From Microbotryum violaceum (Eukaryota), in NCBI GenBank assembly GCA_001244265.2, contig CDLV01000004.1, positions 1,612,001 to 1,676,000 of the forward strand: DNA of 64,000 nt, read 5' to 3'. The stretch's first letter is position 1. Every line of letters begins with the position of its first letter. The notes below the pieces were generated by a model. That model saw only the letters and a program-made list of their open reading frames with translations, was not told the DNA's origin and made no database searches. Positions 1 through 15,600 of this stretch are shown one piece after another. The translations under genes and the position numbers were made by a program.

Positions 1-1858
<1,858 letters not shown>

Positions 1859-4800
1859 CGGACGCTATGATTTGTACAATGTCTCAGCGCGGCAGCTTGC
1901 GTGGGTCCCGAAAGTGAAACATTGATGGTACCGTAAGTTTGGCGCTTCTTGCGCAAGATGCAAAACCGAGCGACACCATAGCCAGGAACAGCAAGGAATT
2001 GTAGTCGAGCCTACGGGTCATTGCGGCGCAGAGCATGAAAGCGACTGGTTTGAACTCTAGCGGTTTTGCCTGTTTGCGTGCTTTGCGCCGTGATTTGAGG
2101 CCTCCAATTTTGAAAGCGGTAGTGGACAAAGGCGGAAAGGGTGTTTTCCATGGGAATGTAGAGCAGTGCTTGCCCTTTACTGCGGTAGTAGTCAATAAAG
2201 AAGACCCATTGTTGCAGAGCTCGAGTGTATGCCTCCTGGCTGGGTTCTGGGTTCGAGCACAAGGACGGCGGTTTTGTCGCGCAGGCGACAGAGTTTGTTG
2301 AAGGGGAGCATCGGCTATGCCTTACAGGCCGGCTCCATGAGGGGACGGGGTGCAAATATAGACTGACCTTCCATCCCCTCGTCTGACTGCGGTCATAATG
2401 CTGTCCCCTCTAGCTCTGGGATGAAGGGGTCGAACTGAGTGAATGGGCGGAAGCGCTGACGGAGCTGATCAATGTGAAGCCAGGAGAGGTTGTCTGCCAA
2501 TGTGTTGTCCTTTCCGTGTACATGGATGACCTTGAGATTGAATTGCGGTTGACAAGCCAGCACATAGGCTCGGAGGGTGAGCATCCTTAAGGGCATAACG
2601 TCGCCGTTGCGAGCTGCACCGGAGTCGATTGCGTATACTATTGGAGCCAAGTCGGTCCTGACGAGAACTCGGGAGAGAGGTTGGAAAGGACCGCTCGGAT
2701 TGGTGACAATGGACAGGGCAAGGATGACAGTCAAAGTTTCTGCAAACTGTATGCATTGGAATGTACGCTCCGGCCTGCAGTAGTAGTGGTGCACTAGTCC
2801 TTTCCATTCCAGCCAAAAGCTCAAGCCCGCTCTGTTACCTCCAGCGTTATTGAGGCAGGCGTCGGTGTAGATGACAACATCGGCGTCTTTGAGGCCCCAC
2901 CTCGTCAGACTGGGGGCACCAAGATGGAGCAACGGGGACCCAACCAATAGTGTGGCCATAGTCGCTAGCACCGTTGCCACTTCGGAGTTGAGTGGGACAC
3001 CTGCGTTGGACCGTTTCTTTCTGGCAATCTTGTTGTATAGCGGTGTGAGATGCGGATGGGCTTGAGGCGCAACGTTCAGCGCCCAGCTTAGCCAACCCGT
3101 CATTTGTCGCCAGCGTCGGAGGGACGGATGGGGGCTCGGCTCGAGAGAAAGGCGTCAATTTCAAGAACCAAGTCAGAAATCGCCTTGTCCTGGAGTGACA
3201 CCGAGAAGGCATCGAGGTCGCAGAGGATGCCCATGATGGTGATGCATCTACCGTGCGGAGCTTTTTCTGGCGAAGGGTATCCCTAGACGTGCCCACAGCG
3301 CTGCCATCGCTGCTTGTTGGGTCGGGATCTTGTGCATCTCACCATTATGTACGAAAGGGACCTTTGTACCCGACAGGTCGACTCCAAACGCGTCGTCCAT
3401 ATATGCTAGTGGATGCTCAATGCCGTATGCGTGGTGGGCCGCCCACATGAGGAGTGACATGAACCTTGTCCAGAGGAAGGGCATTGCTCGGCACCCAAAC
3501 ACCGCCCCCCCCCCCCCCCCCCCCCCCCATTCAGTGTGGTACCACATATGTATACTGCCATCGGGAAGTCGCCGCTTGATTGCGATGCCTTGACGCGCCT
3601 GCCAACGCTTTGACATCACCAAGATTTAGAATGCCGACAAAACGTCGAGTTTCCACAGGGATGAGGCATCCGTGAGAAGTTGCGAAGAGAGTTGATGCCA
3701 GCGGAGCAAATGAATGAAATCAATGATAGTATCGTACATTGTCGGGCAATCGGAGCGCTGGATGCCGTCGTTGAGGCCTGAGGAGGAGTGGTCTGCCACC
3801 ACTCGCATCCTATGGTTGGCCAATTCGACCACAAAGACCGAATTATACGTGACCCCAGGTAGGGGGAACGCGGATCCCGAAGAGAGCCATCGCTTTTTGA
3901 TTTCGTTGTCGATCATTGTCTGAATGAATTCGCGATGTTTTTCATTCTTGGGGAATCGCACCATTGTTGGGTCGTCGCCGCAAGCATCGCTGCCATCATG
4001 CTGCGGTTCGAAGCCGTCTGAACGAAAAGCGGAGAGGAAGGATGCGACCAGGGCCGTGTCTGGGTGCTCTGCCAGAAGCACACCCAAGTACCGGTCGTTG
4101 ATAGTTTGAGTGAACTCGAAATGCGAGGGGTAGAGTTTTGGGTGCACTCAATAATCTTGAGTTGTTTGTCTGAGAAGCTCGCACAAGGAAGGGGTCCGGG
4201 GAGCCAGCCCGTGGATGACGTAGAGGAGAGGAGGGGAGTCGTAGGATGGTCCCTGGATGGAGATTTGAAGTGGAATTGTCTCCCAAGAGATGAGATAGTG
4301 AGGGATGGGTTGGAGAGCCGTCGCTGGCCATGGAAGCGATGGGCTCCGGCGACTCGTCCGGCGAATTGTTTCCATCATGGAGGAAATTACTGTCAAGAGG
4401 CAGAATGAGCCAATAATCCGGCCGCTGCCGCGGCGAGTCGAGCTCCGGACTTGAGATGTCGATGCGGGCAGACAGAACTATAAGCTCTGTGTTCGCCTTT
4501 GCAAGCTGAGCAGACATGCCAATAAGGAAACTTTGTCGCATCATGATCCTGGCCATTGTTGTACCGCCTACAAGTACTCTTCCTCTTTCCAGCCAAAGAC
4601 AAGTTAGAGTGCGATGGGGTCGAGGGGCCATGGTGCACCGCGGGCGGACCTGCAAGGCCCGAGGCCTTTTGCCCGGGAGCCGGAAGAAGGTGATGGAATT
4701 TTGGGGCTTAGCTGGATAGCTTGCGAGGCGAGAGCACGAAGGCAATAGCACCGAAGGGTCAGAGATGGCCAACGCTCGGTTTCTTGCCGTAGAAGATCTC

Positions 4801-5030
4801 AAAGATGGTTTTCTTCTTGAAGCAAGGATGCTGCATGCGATTGGTGATGAAAATTGCCATATCTAGAGCATAGGTCCAGTAAGAGCCTGGAAGTCCGGCA
4901 TCCTTGAGCATTGCCCGCACCATAGCAAAGAGCGAACCTCCTTCCTAATCCAGCCATCCACCTGGCCTCAGCCAACCCTCAGCTGTGCGCCCACACTCCA
5001 GCCTAAGCACCCGCGCAACTAGCTTCCGCC
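1859..5030 (-). mobile_element. Degenerate Ngaro/DIRS tyrosine-recombinase retrotransposon (gag Zn finger, RT, RNase H, N-terminal part of YR)
   Basis: CRRYN..HVCSACKGEH (4393-4638); RT WKLDVLSAF, FGCR and YMDD (3248-4147); RNase H IYTDAC..E..RTD..NTLAD (2393-3103); YR-like FLAMVSLGFASCARSAKL (1884-2355); stops and frameshifts throughout. Confidence 0.85.
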
Positions 5031-5038
5031 TGCATCAA

Positions 5039-5545
5039 TCATACAACACTCCCACATGCTAAGGAAGCTAGAGACACCATACCAAGTCCATCGCAATGCT
5101 TGAGAAACTTTGCTCTGGGTAAAGCCTTGGTGAGGACGTCGGCTGTGTTGAGATCTGTCGGACAGTACTCGAGTAGAATACTGCCAACCGCAATCCTTTT
5201 GCGAACGTAGAAATGGTGGACGTTCCAATGCTTGATACAACCACAATGAGCAGGGTTGCGTGCGATAGAGATGCACGCCTTGTTGTCCTCATGGATCAAA
5301 GTAGCAGAACCTTGAGGGATGCGAAATTCCGCAGCCAATTGACGGAGCCCAATGGCCTCCTTAGCTGCAGCAGAAGCTGCGAGAGTCTCGGCCTCGGTAG
5401 TCGAAGTCGCGACGATCGATTGTTGTTTCGATTGCCAGCTGATTACAGCACCAGCAAGAATGACGGCGTAGGCTCCCACAGACTTGGCGTTTTCCCAGTC
5501 GTTGGCCCATGAGGCATCGGAGTAAACCTCAAAGGTAGTAGAGCT
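5039..5545 (-). mobile_element. Ty1/copia RNase H 3' fragment
   Basis: [41 protein letters not shown]. Confidence 0.9.
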
Positions 5546-5559
5546 GACAAGCCAAGCTA

Positions 5560-7964
5560 AGCAGTCAGGCTTTGCGATGAGACGCGGTACCTTCCCATGC
5601 AATAACTGCAAGATGCCGTCGGTGACCAAACCCAACGGCGCCGGCTACTACATGATCAAAGACGGCCAAGCAACATACAGAGGAGATTGCTGCGTGGGCA
5701 GGAAGAAAGCTGCAGAAGAGGACACCAGTGAAGATGATGGCGGCAACAACAGTGACGGGGACGGGGATGGAGACGGCGATGAGCGACCTTGAAAAAGGCG
5801 AAAGGTCGTGCCCCCATTGACCGTGCGCAAACAAGTCAACGCCCATTGAGCGATCAGGGGCTACTACCCGTAGAATGGTGCTCCCCGTCCCAGGCCCAGA
5901 ACCCTGGCGCGATACAAGGCACAAATTTCGAAAGCTTTCAACCCGACGCTCAGCAAACGAGTGAGCAAGAAGGTGCGCACACAATTCGGCATCTCAGCGA
6001 TTCCACTCGCCGCCAAATTGACACTGTTCGACGTGCCCTGGTCCTTCCCAATCGACATTGCACACCTGCTGGGGAACAACATTCCCGCTCTACTGTGGAA
6101 GTCACTGTCTGCTGGAGATCCGTAAAAGATGGCACTCGCATCCTCTCCACCGCTGCGGCTTTGCTCGAAGGTGGCCAGTTGACGACGCCAGGCGCATTCG
6201 GAACCTACCTGCGAAACCCTCAAGAGAAGGCCAACGCGTGCTACAAGATTCACGATGGTTGGAATTTGAGTTGAATGGATCCGTCGCCGTCCTCCGAGAC
6301 GCCGGCATGCCCAACAAGTACGTTGCACACTGGGCTGACTTTGTCAGGCTTGTGCTTGACCGCAGCCCCGCCAGCATTGAACGCATCCAAACCATCGACG
6401 GCTCGCTAACCGGTTCGTACAGGAGCAAGAGCGTCTGTATGTCGGATTCAGCGGGAACCGGGTCGAAGCGATGCCCTTGGCCATTCACAAACTTCACCAC
6501 CTGGGAATGGATCAAGCGGGTCGGTAACCTCAGCCTTGTGTCGCAGTTGCAGCTCGAGCGAGTCATTGGCTACTGCAAGAAGGACGCGACTTCGAAAGTG
6601 AGCCCGTGCATCAGCTTGATGAAGAAGGCAAATCCCCAGAGCAGCGGGGAGCTGCTCGGGATGCCTGCGACTGACCGTGACTGGGTGTTTGCCTTCGACA
6701 CCGCTTCACAGACCATCATACACGAACAGCAGAAGTGCTGGGCGGACAACGATCCCGAGTTCGCCGCACTTGTGCTAGCGCTTTTGCCCGAACCGTCGCT
6801 GCCCGAGCCAGGACGGGTCTTGACGCTCTTCTCGCCGGTCAAGACTCGAGCCAGCGAGGACTGGCACCGAGAGTGCGAAGCTTGGATGAAGGCGTTTGAG
6901 GACGGCAAAATAAGAGGGTTGGTCGGAAGCATCGAAGACGAAGTTGTTTACTGGGATCACTACGGTTGTGCCACGCTCAGTAATGCCAAGCGAAACTACT
7001 TGTCAACGACGAGGCGCAAAGGTGAAGACGACAACGACCGGCGGCAGGTGTCTCACTTTGTGATGACATTGTTCAATTTGACGGGAGCTCAAACTCGTAA
7101 AGCGATGTACACGATTGGTCGAGCCATGTCAATTGTACGGGTGCCGCCCCATGTCGAACTCAAGCAACTCAAGGTCGGGCGTTCACGTCTTGCCGTTGTT
7201 GCCGAACTATACCCGCCGGCGCGACTGTTGTACAAGTCGATGCCGTTCGTTCGCACGGAGCCCATGACACCAGCCGTGATGCCGATCGAGGCCGTGAACA
7301 AGCTAGTCGGTGCGTACTACTCGATCAAGGACCCACGCATGTACGTGTTTGAGGACATATTTGATAACAACGGATCCACCATGGTGAGCGTTTTCGAGCG
7401 CTAGTTCTGCAAAAGTAGATTTGAGCATCAGATTGGACATGCCCCCCATCCCCCATCCCACATCTATGTCCATCATCCATGCCCCATCCTGTACCACTCA
7501 CTTTGAGTCGAGAGTATTGTGTACACGAGAGCATAGCACCGGGTGGAGGCAAAGAGAGCAAGGTGCTAGTTGTCTGACTCGTGCTCAACTCTGGCTCGCC
7601 TCGGGCGCATGTCTGTTCAGCTTTAGCGGTGCTAAAAATCACTATGCAAGTGGCTTTTGGAGAGTTGAAATGGTGTGAACCACTCTCCGACTTGGGGCTG
7701 AAAGCGCCCGACTCCCAATGGCTCACCAACGAGTTCACAACCGACTAGTAGTCAACTCCCGGCTGACTCCCCGCAGACTACGGTCTTGACTTGCCCCCGA
7801 CTCGCCCGACAGCTGCCCGACTAAGCACCGATTTGGCAGCGACTCCCGGGACTGCTAGCCAATCCCGACTCGCGCCCGACTAACCGTTCCTTAGAGCCTC
7901 ACCGCAGGCGGGTGGGCTAGCGGGCGCGTGCAACGCCCGAGGTGCCCCTGTCGAGCTGAGAGTG
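5560..7964 (+). mobile_element. CMC/CACTA (En/Spm-like) DNA transposon remnant: frameshifted C-terminal transposase and subterminal repeats
   Basis: GTFPCNNC; frame outside the ORF track reads FGISAIPL..FDVPWSFPIDIAHLLGNNIP (about 5985-6085); TPGAFG..YKIHD; KYVAHWADFV; coding ends 7404; many CCGACT-like repeats at 7741-7882; possible CACTC terminus at 7964. Confidence 0.65.
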
Positions 7965-7973
7965 GACTCTTCA

Positions 7974-8271
7974 CAGTCGTGACTTTCTGTATACTCTCCC
8001 CCTTCTTTCTCTAGGCGCTCTTGCCTGGTTTTTGAGTATCTTTGCTCCCGCTCTTGGGACGTGAAGCGGCAGCAGTACTCACCACCCGTTGGAGTCCGCG
8101 TTAGGTGCTCGGCGGGTTTTGATCTGCGCAGCGCTCTTTGCGCACAGGGGTTTGACTTTCACCCAACTGCTTGCCGTCGTTGCTTTATAACATCCCTTAG
8201 CTCTTTTTGTAGCGGTCCCAGCCAACCCGAAGGATAGCAATTTATGAGCCCCAGTAAAAAAAAAAAAAAAA
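7974..8271 (+). mobile_element. 5'-truncated poly(A)-tailed retroposon (LINE 3' UTR or SINE-like)
   Basis: Ends in a poly(A) tract; highly similar to the reverse complement of 39304-39602. Confidence 0.8.
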
Positions 8272-9360
8272 CCTTCGAGTATTGCTGTCAGGACACGCTG
8301 TGATCCTTACACCTTCCAGCCGACGCCGACTCCGAGCTCGTTGCCGACAAGTACTACGCCACCATCTTTCTGTTGAATTGCATTCTGCCTATCCTTTGAA
8401 CACTCCCACTCGGACCGCCGTTTGACGGACTTGCTCACCTTTTGCCTCGGGTGCCTCTTCCCCTCGGGCATCTTTTGTCCTCGCAGCTAAGCCGCCCCCT
8501 TACTCTCGTGACCAAGCCGCCCCCTTGTCTTTGCCCAAGCCGCCGCCCAGTCTTTCGCCTCGGCGCCTTTGCCTCCGCGGCCAAGCCGGCCCCCCCCAGT
8601 CCTTTGCCCCAGCGCCTTCGCCTGTACTCCCCAATAACCCCCCGATATTTTTGTTCAGATTTTTCTGGCGGACTACATGTGCTTTAGCGCAATACAGTCT
8701 TGAAATGAAGATCTCTCTCTCTCTCTCTCCGCGGTCAAGCCGCCCCCTTGTTCGCCGCCCCCGCGCCAGCCTGTTCAACTCACGCTTGCGCACCGCCGCC
8801 TCCACATCAGGACTCAGTTGATCCGCCCTCCAGTCTTGCCAAGCCAATGCCTCCGCCTAATCACCTCCAACTTGCCGCCGCCGTCCTCATGTTCCATCGG
8901 CCATCCAGAGTATCGCCCATGCACGATGCCCGCCGTTTGCAACCTGGACTCGTCACTACGGACTCCCTTGCTTACCAACACTCGACATTGTGGATATGTT
9001 TCCCTTGTGCCTGTCGTCCAACACGACTCCTCCTAGATGGTCTGCTTGGAGTTCAGCCTTGAAGCTTCGCGGCAAGCCCGCCCAATCTGCAGTAGATCCT
9101 TTGCACGTGCCTTTGCTAGAACCTTGTCCAACTCGCGCCCTCCTGTGCCTTTCTTCCTTTTCTCTACCGCTTCCCGACATTAGCTAGATTGCTGATCTTT
9201 GGTAGAGAACAGATTGTCCAGCCGCACCGTGTCCGTGCCGCCTCACAACTTCTTCCCCTGGCCCGTCCGTCGCACACTGCAGCCACGTCAACGCTCCACC
9301 AGTAGCCCAAGCGGTTGCTACTCCCAAGTCCGAACCCTCTTCGGCTTCCACTCAACAGGT

Positions 9361-10195
9361 TGTTGCGCACGCCCACTAGCCCGCCCCCCTGCGGAGAGGA
9401 CTTAGACGCGCGCAACTGCCTTGGCGCCCTGGCGCCTGCGGATTTGGGCGCGCGCCCGCTAGCCCGCCCCCCTGCGGTGGGGACTTAGACGCGCGCGACT
9501 GCCTCAGCGCGCCAGCAATTTCACCCGCGCCTGGGCCTATCCCAGCGCGGGTCCCCTTTCTGTTTCTTAGCTTCCTTCTCATCACTTCTGTTTGACTCTC
9601 AACCTCTCCTGACAGTAGTGGTGATAGTCTTATAGGTACGCTGAAATATAGGTTATTAGCCCACAAGCCACCAACTGGCATGGCCACAACACCACCCCTC
9701 GCAACGGGTACCAACCCAACAATTCCCGCCAAACAGCTCACGGCATTTACGTTGCTGCTGTCGGGTCTCACCCTGCCGCTTCTGGCACTGCCACACCTGC
9801 CACATCAACTGGCACCACTTGCACTGCCTTCCCCAAGCACGCACACTTGGATGGGCCAAAGACATTTGCAAACTGGACACGCCAGCTTTGCCTGTGCCTA
9901 GCGGACAACATCCGCTTGTACGTCCTTGACGGTACCGTACCCAACGACTGGACACCTTCGCAACGCTCTGCCTGCGATGTCGTGGCCCGCGAGATCCTTG
10001 TGAACTTGATCGACTCGGCCGAAGTTATAAGACAATCACCACTACTGTCAGGGAAGGTTGAGCGTCAAACAGAAGTGATGAGAAGGAAGCTAAGAAACAG
10101 GAAAGGGGGGCCGCGCTGGGATAGGCCCAGGCGCGGGTGAAATTGCTGGCGCGCTGAGGCAGTCGCGCGCGTCTAAGTCCCCACCGCAGGGGGCT
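9361..10195 (+). mobile_element. Copia 5' LTR (9361-9650), PBS-like GGTTATTAGCCC, gag start, then an inverted partial copy of the same LTR (10026-10195)
   Basis: TGTTG start; PBS resembles those of the other copia elements here; gag-like LDGPKTFANW; about 165-bp inverted repeat. Confidence 0.7.
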
Positions 10196-10669
10196 ACCTC
10201 CGCCGAGACCGCACTAAGTGCTTCAATTTTCACTGACACTCGTGCTACGCCTCGCAAAGGTACGCTATCACACTACGCAAAGCCCATGTCAATAGTTGCA
10301 CGTCACTATATACAATCTTTGCTACGCCTCGCAAAGACCTCTGTTTTGAGCTTCCCGCCCGCCTTCCCTTGTTCACCTATCCTCTCTTTTTTTCCACTTT
10401 TCCTTTTTTTCCTAAAAAAAAAACACAGACTGTGCTTGTTAGTTACAACCCAGTTTACTGCAACTCTGATTTGACTTCGCCTAAAAATAGCTCACGCGTG
10501 CAAGCGGCTTTTAGGAGAGTTGAATGGTCTGTCGCTGGCCGACCATGCTGAATCAGCGCTAGCTAGTTTCGGAGACGCGCTAGACCGAGAGCTGCCTATG
10601 ACGTCACGCCACGTGGTTTGTCTTTTGTTCTTTGACGTTCTTTGTCTGACGTGACTGATTCATTTGGTA

Positions 10670-11830
10670 GTACTATAGGTTCGGCGGCGCGGCGCACTCC
10701 GCGCGCCACCTCACATTGAGAATCAGCAGTTCTGTTACTTTATTGCAGATGGCTGCGGTTCTACGCTGCTTTCATCTATGCGCAATCAATTTGCCCTGAT
10801 CTCCTGGAGGTGGACTGATTCGTCGTGATTTGGCAAAGGGGAGGGTCGGGCAGAGAACTGTGCGGGACCGGAACGGAACGCTCTCGCTCAAGCCCGTTGA
10901 CGACGTCTTTGCTGACCTTGAGACCTTCGAGAGATCGTAGCGTTCACAGGTGGTGGATCCGTTGGAGGAAGTTGATCCTCCGGCAGTGGACGCAGTGCAA
11001 TCGGTGACTGTGCGGCGACATCCACCGTGACGAAGGCGTCCGAATCCGCGCTGTAGAAGGTTTGAGCGTCACCCGGCAGCAGGTTGAGCACCATGTCGTT
11101 TGGTGTGATCCACCTGCGAATTTTTGGGCGTCAATTTTGCTCGCTCTCGGAAGTACTCGAGTTTTTCGCCTATCGACATATTGTCCAGTGCGAGGGCGGG
11201 GACGGGATAGACGTGTCTGATCAACCCGGAGCTGTTCCTCGTGGTCGCCGGCAGGAGAAGCTCACGTGGGAACGCGATAGTCTTCTGTTTCGTTCGCCGA
11301 CCCGTATCCAACTACGAAGAGCCAATCTGCAAAGGGCTGTGCCTTTGCCTGTTCCGTTTCGGTCATGCGGTGTGCAGCGGCCAGAAGCCAGAAGACGCAT
11401 TGTTGGTCTGCGCTCGCACCGTGCCGTTGTTAGTATAGGGTCTAAAGGTAAGGCGAGAACTACTACTTACAGAGAGATCCCCGCAGAAGTCAGCATTCAT
11501 GATGCGAGCATTGACGATTTGTGCAGGCGATGACTTGAGAATAACGGGAAGGCATTGCTTCAGATCCCCTGTGATGTTACAGTCGAACCGGTCAGTTGGT
11601 CATGCTGCCCTGCGTTTTGCTTTTGAAAGTTTCGCACACACCTGCCAACGTGATGGTCACCCCACCGAACCGAGACATTGAGGACCTGCCACGGGATGGT
11701 GAGCCGCAAGTCGCGCGACCAGAGCCTGTTTTCTTGCGTGATTCGTTGCAACTATCAGTATTCTTGCTGTTGTCCATCTGTAGCAATAGCAGTGAAGACT
11801 CACATTTGGTGTGCCGATGACACGGATTCT
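10670..11830 (-). mobile_element. Helitron Pif1-like helicase pseudogene fragment
   Basis: [50 protein letters not shown] hairpin near 10683-10709. Confidence 0.75.
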
Positions 11831-12244
11831 CAACCGTACGAAGTCAATCCTTCCGCTGTCTCACTGACGTTCAATGTTTGTTTTTGGTGTCAGTTTTTCC
11901 GTCATATCTAAGACTGCACAGCCATGTCAAGGGATGACTCATGTATGCGTGTCACCAGCTGGCGGTGAAGAAACAACTCGAGGGTTGACATTCGAAGAGG
12001 ATGTGTTGTAAGGGAATTTCTGCTTGGTAGTTTTCCATTAGCTTCTGAACAACACAGCAAGAGCACAATCCATGAAGTTACTTACTTGAATTCGTAGCTA
12101 TGTTGCATGCAGCCATTTCTTGATTCCGTATTCGTTGCAGAGCTTCCACGGCAACCGCTTCGGATGTCGGAAGCTTGAGGTGGCGACGGGATGAGGTGCG
12201 ATGGGTAAGGTGTGAAGAGCAGGAGGGAGAAAGATGGAGAAGCC

Positions 12245-12645
12245 TGCGCCTCAGTTTGAACCGGACTCATAGAATGTCGCGGAAGGCTGCGGAACATTGT
12301 GGAGTGAAGCCCGAAGCAGAGGGTCACGTGCCCAGCTGCTTTGATGGGAAATGGAACCTCGGCGAACGTGGACGGAACGGTTTGTCGCCACGTGGTTTGT
12401 CTCCCGTTCTCTGACGTTCTTTGACATTGACGTGGTAGACTTTATAGTCGTTGAACGTTTCCTATACATACCAGTTTCTTGCTTCGCGCGCTTCCTTTTA
12501 AAAAAATCAAAGATAAGCAAACCGCGATGCTTTAACAGCATTGTGAAATTTCCTAAACGGTCTGAAACAGCGCTAGCTAGCTGGGACGCTGGACCGAGAG
12601 CTGCTATGACGTCATGCAACGTGGTTTGTCTATGTCTCAGGACGT
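12245..12645. repeat. Helitron-associated repeat block, related copies at about 17826-18190 and 10550-10650
   Basis: Shared GCCTCAGTTTGAACCGGACTCATAGAATGTCG and CAGCGCTAGCTAG...ACGTGGTTTGTC motifs. Confidence 0.75.
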
Positions 12646-12680
12646 TTTTTTTTTTACTACTAGTGCGGTGGCGCGCTTCG

Positions 12681-15600
12681 TATGATGTTAAGCAACGCAC
12701 AGACCTGCTCAAGCAGTGGTAAGTCTCTGATCGACGGACCAAAGGAGACCAGACCAAGAAGTTGCTTGACACACCTGCTCAAGCAGTGGTAAGTCTCTGA
12801 TCGACGGACCAAAGGAGACCAGACCAAGAAGTTGCTTGAGCAGGAGAGAGAGAGGCGCGCAGGACCAGCTAGTTGGGGGCAAGTGCGCGCGTCTGGCCAG
12901 AAGACGGAAGATAGACGGCAAAGGCCGGGTCTAAAGGAGAATAAAGGTAGAGACACAGGGGCCATGATGCTAGAAGGAAATAGGAGAGAATTAAAGTACT
13001 TTGAGAATCTCACACCCCCCGACTTCGAGCATCAGGGAGAGCAGATGCCAAGGCGGCCATGGTGACACGCAAAGAGGTCGCGGGCTAGAGCCTTAGTGAA
13101 AATGTCGGCGGTCATGTCGGCCGTGTTGATGTACTGGACAGCGACATCACCAAGGGCGACCATGTCGCGGACGAAGTGCTCGCGAAGCCGGATGTGGCGG
13201 GTGCGGGCATGGAAAACCGGGTTCCGAGTGAGAGCGTTGGCGCCTTGGTTGTCGCCAAGCACGAGAGTCGGAGCAGAAGAGGGGAGACCCAACTCACCAA
13301 AGAGTTGACGCAGGAAAACGGCTTCCTTGCCGGCATGCGAGAGGGCCAGGTATTCGGCGTCGCAAGTGGAGTCGGCCACGCGAGACTGGAGGCGCGAGGA
13401 CCACGAGATGGCGCCACCAGCATAGAGGAAAGCATAGCCCATGGTCGACTTGGAGGAGAGCACACAGGCACCCCAGTTGCAATCGGAGTAGCCAATTACG
13501 GGAGCAGAGTCGCCGTGGGAATAGCACAGGCCGTGCGAGAGTGTTCCAGCAAGGTAACGGAAAACGTGTTTGATAGCACCCCAGGCAGCTTCGGATGGGG
13601 ACCGGGAGAATCGAGCCAAGTAACCGACAGCGTAGGCCAGATCGGGGCGAGTGCCAGTGGATGCGTACATGAGCGAGCCAACGGCCTGAAGATAGCGGGT
13701 GCGGTCCGCAAATGGGGTAGGGTTGGTCTCAATCTCAAGGTGGAGGTCGGATTTCATCAGGGTGGCAACCGGGTGGGCGTTTGACATGCCAAAACGAGCG
13801 AGGATGTCCTTGAGGTACTGCTCCTGGCTTAGCGTGATCAAGCCATCGGAGGAACGCCGGATTTGGATGCCCAGGACATATTCCGCTTCACCAAGACGCT
13901 TGACACCGTAACATCGTTCAAGGCCCTGGAGGGTGCGCTCAATTTCGGGTAGGGAGGGACCAATCATGAGGAGGTCGTCGACGTAAAGCGCGATGTAGTG
14001 GTGGACGTCCCCAACGGTTTTGACGTAGACGCAGTGGTCGGACTCAGTGGCAATATAACCCAGCCCAAGGAGGGTAGAGTCAATTTCGTCGTTCCAGATG
14101 CGACCAGCCTGGCGTAAGCCGTAGAGGGAACGGTGCAATTGTAGAACTTGACCGGGCAGGGCAATGCCCTCGGGGACACGCATGTACAAAGGCTTGTCGA
14201 GCTTCCCATGAAGATACGCTTTGTCAATGTCAGCCTGGTGAACGTGGTAGCCTCGGGCAGCAGACAGGGCCAGCAGAGCACGAATTGAAGTGAACTTGGC
14301 AACGGGCGCAAAGGTCTCGTCGAAATCGATACCGGACCGTTGGGAATCACCGCGGGCGACAAGGCGGCCTTTGTATGACTTGACCTTCCCGAACTGGTCG
14401 CGTTTGGTGCGGAAAACGAAGCGAGAGCCGATGATTTTGGCGTCGGCGGGGACGAGGGATTGGTCGATGGGCGTGAAAGCGGAGAAATCGCGAGAGAGTG
14501 AGTCAAATTCATCACGAGCCGCAAGACGCCACTCATCTGCCTGTGGTGAAGCCATAGCAGCACGCCAGTGGGGTGGGTCGCGCGCAGGGGCAACAAGCTC
14601 AGCGGGGTCGACGGTAGAAGTGTCCAGAAGGGCGGCAGCGGCGTCCGCAAGGTAGCACACAGGCGCAGGTGAGTGAAGGGCGTCATCAACATCATCGGAG
14701 AACTCCGGGGCAAGGCATAGGGCGGAGAAATCATAGGAGCTGGGCCGGAGTCGAGGAGAGGGACAAGGCGTAGAAAAAGCCGAGTCAGGGCTGCCCTGGT
14801 CAGGGGCGCCGCCTTGGTCAGAGGTGAAGGGTGCGGGCAATGCCTGGTCAGGGACATTACGAGCAAGGGCCGGCGAGCCTTGGTCAGAGGCATCAGGTGC
14901 CGGGATAAGCTGCTCAGCGCGAGGCACAGGGGAGCGGGGGGGACAGGAAGCAACGGCTGGGGGGGGTCAGCCTGGTCAGGGCGTGACGCAACAACATCTG
15001 GGAGAGGGTTGGCCGGAGAGAACAAGGCGGGAGTCGGTGTCGAGGCGGGGAACTCGGATTCACGGAAAAGGACGTTCCGACTGAGGAGCACCTTGCGAGT
15101 AGTCGGATGGAACAGGCGGTAGGCCTTTGAATGGTCGTCGAGACCAACGAAGATGAGCGGTATGGCCTTAGGGTCGAGGGCAGAGCGGGACGTCGAAGGA
15201 AGGCAATGCCAGGCACGGCAGCCGAAGGTGCGAAGGGAGGAAATATCCGGCGCGTAACCATACCAACGAGCGTCGGGAATGTCGCCATTGATGCCGGCAT
15301 GGGGTGTCATGTTCTTGCATCGGACAAAGTACATAGCAGCTTCACCCCAGAGTCGCGAGTCGACACCGGCCGAGTAGGCAAGGGCAAGGATGCCCTCCTT
15401 GATGGTGCGGTTGGGGCGCTCAACCCGGCCGTTCTGCTGGGGCGTGTAAGGTATTGTGAGTTCCCGACGAATACCCTTGCTGCAGCAGAAATCGACGAAA
15501 CTGCGCAGCGTGAATTCACCGCCATTGTCGGAGCGAATGGTCTTTACGCTGTCGCCGGTCGCTCGCTCAACCTCAAGGATCCAATCATGAAGACGCGGGA

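Noticed and set aside
8272-9360. Short proline-rich ORFs
   Set aside because: No recognisable domain or termini
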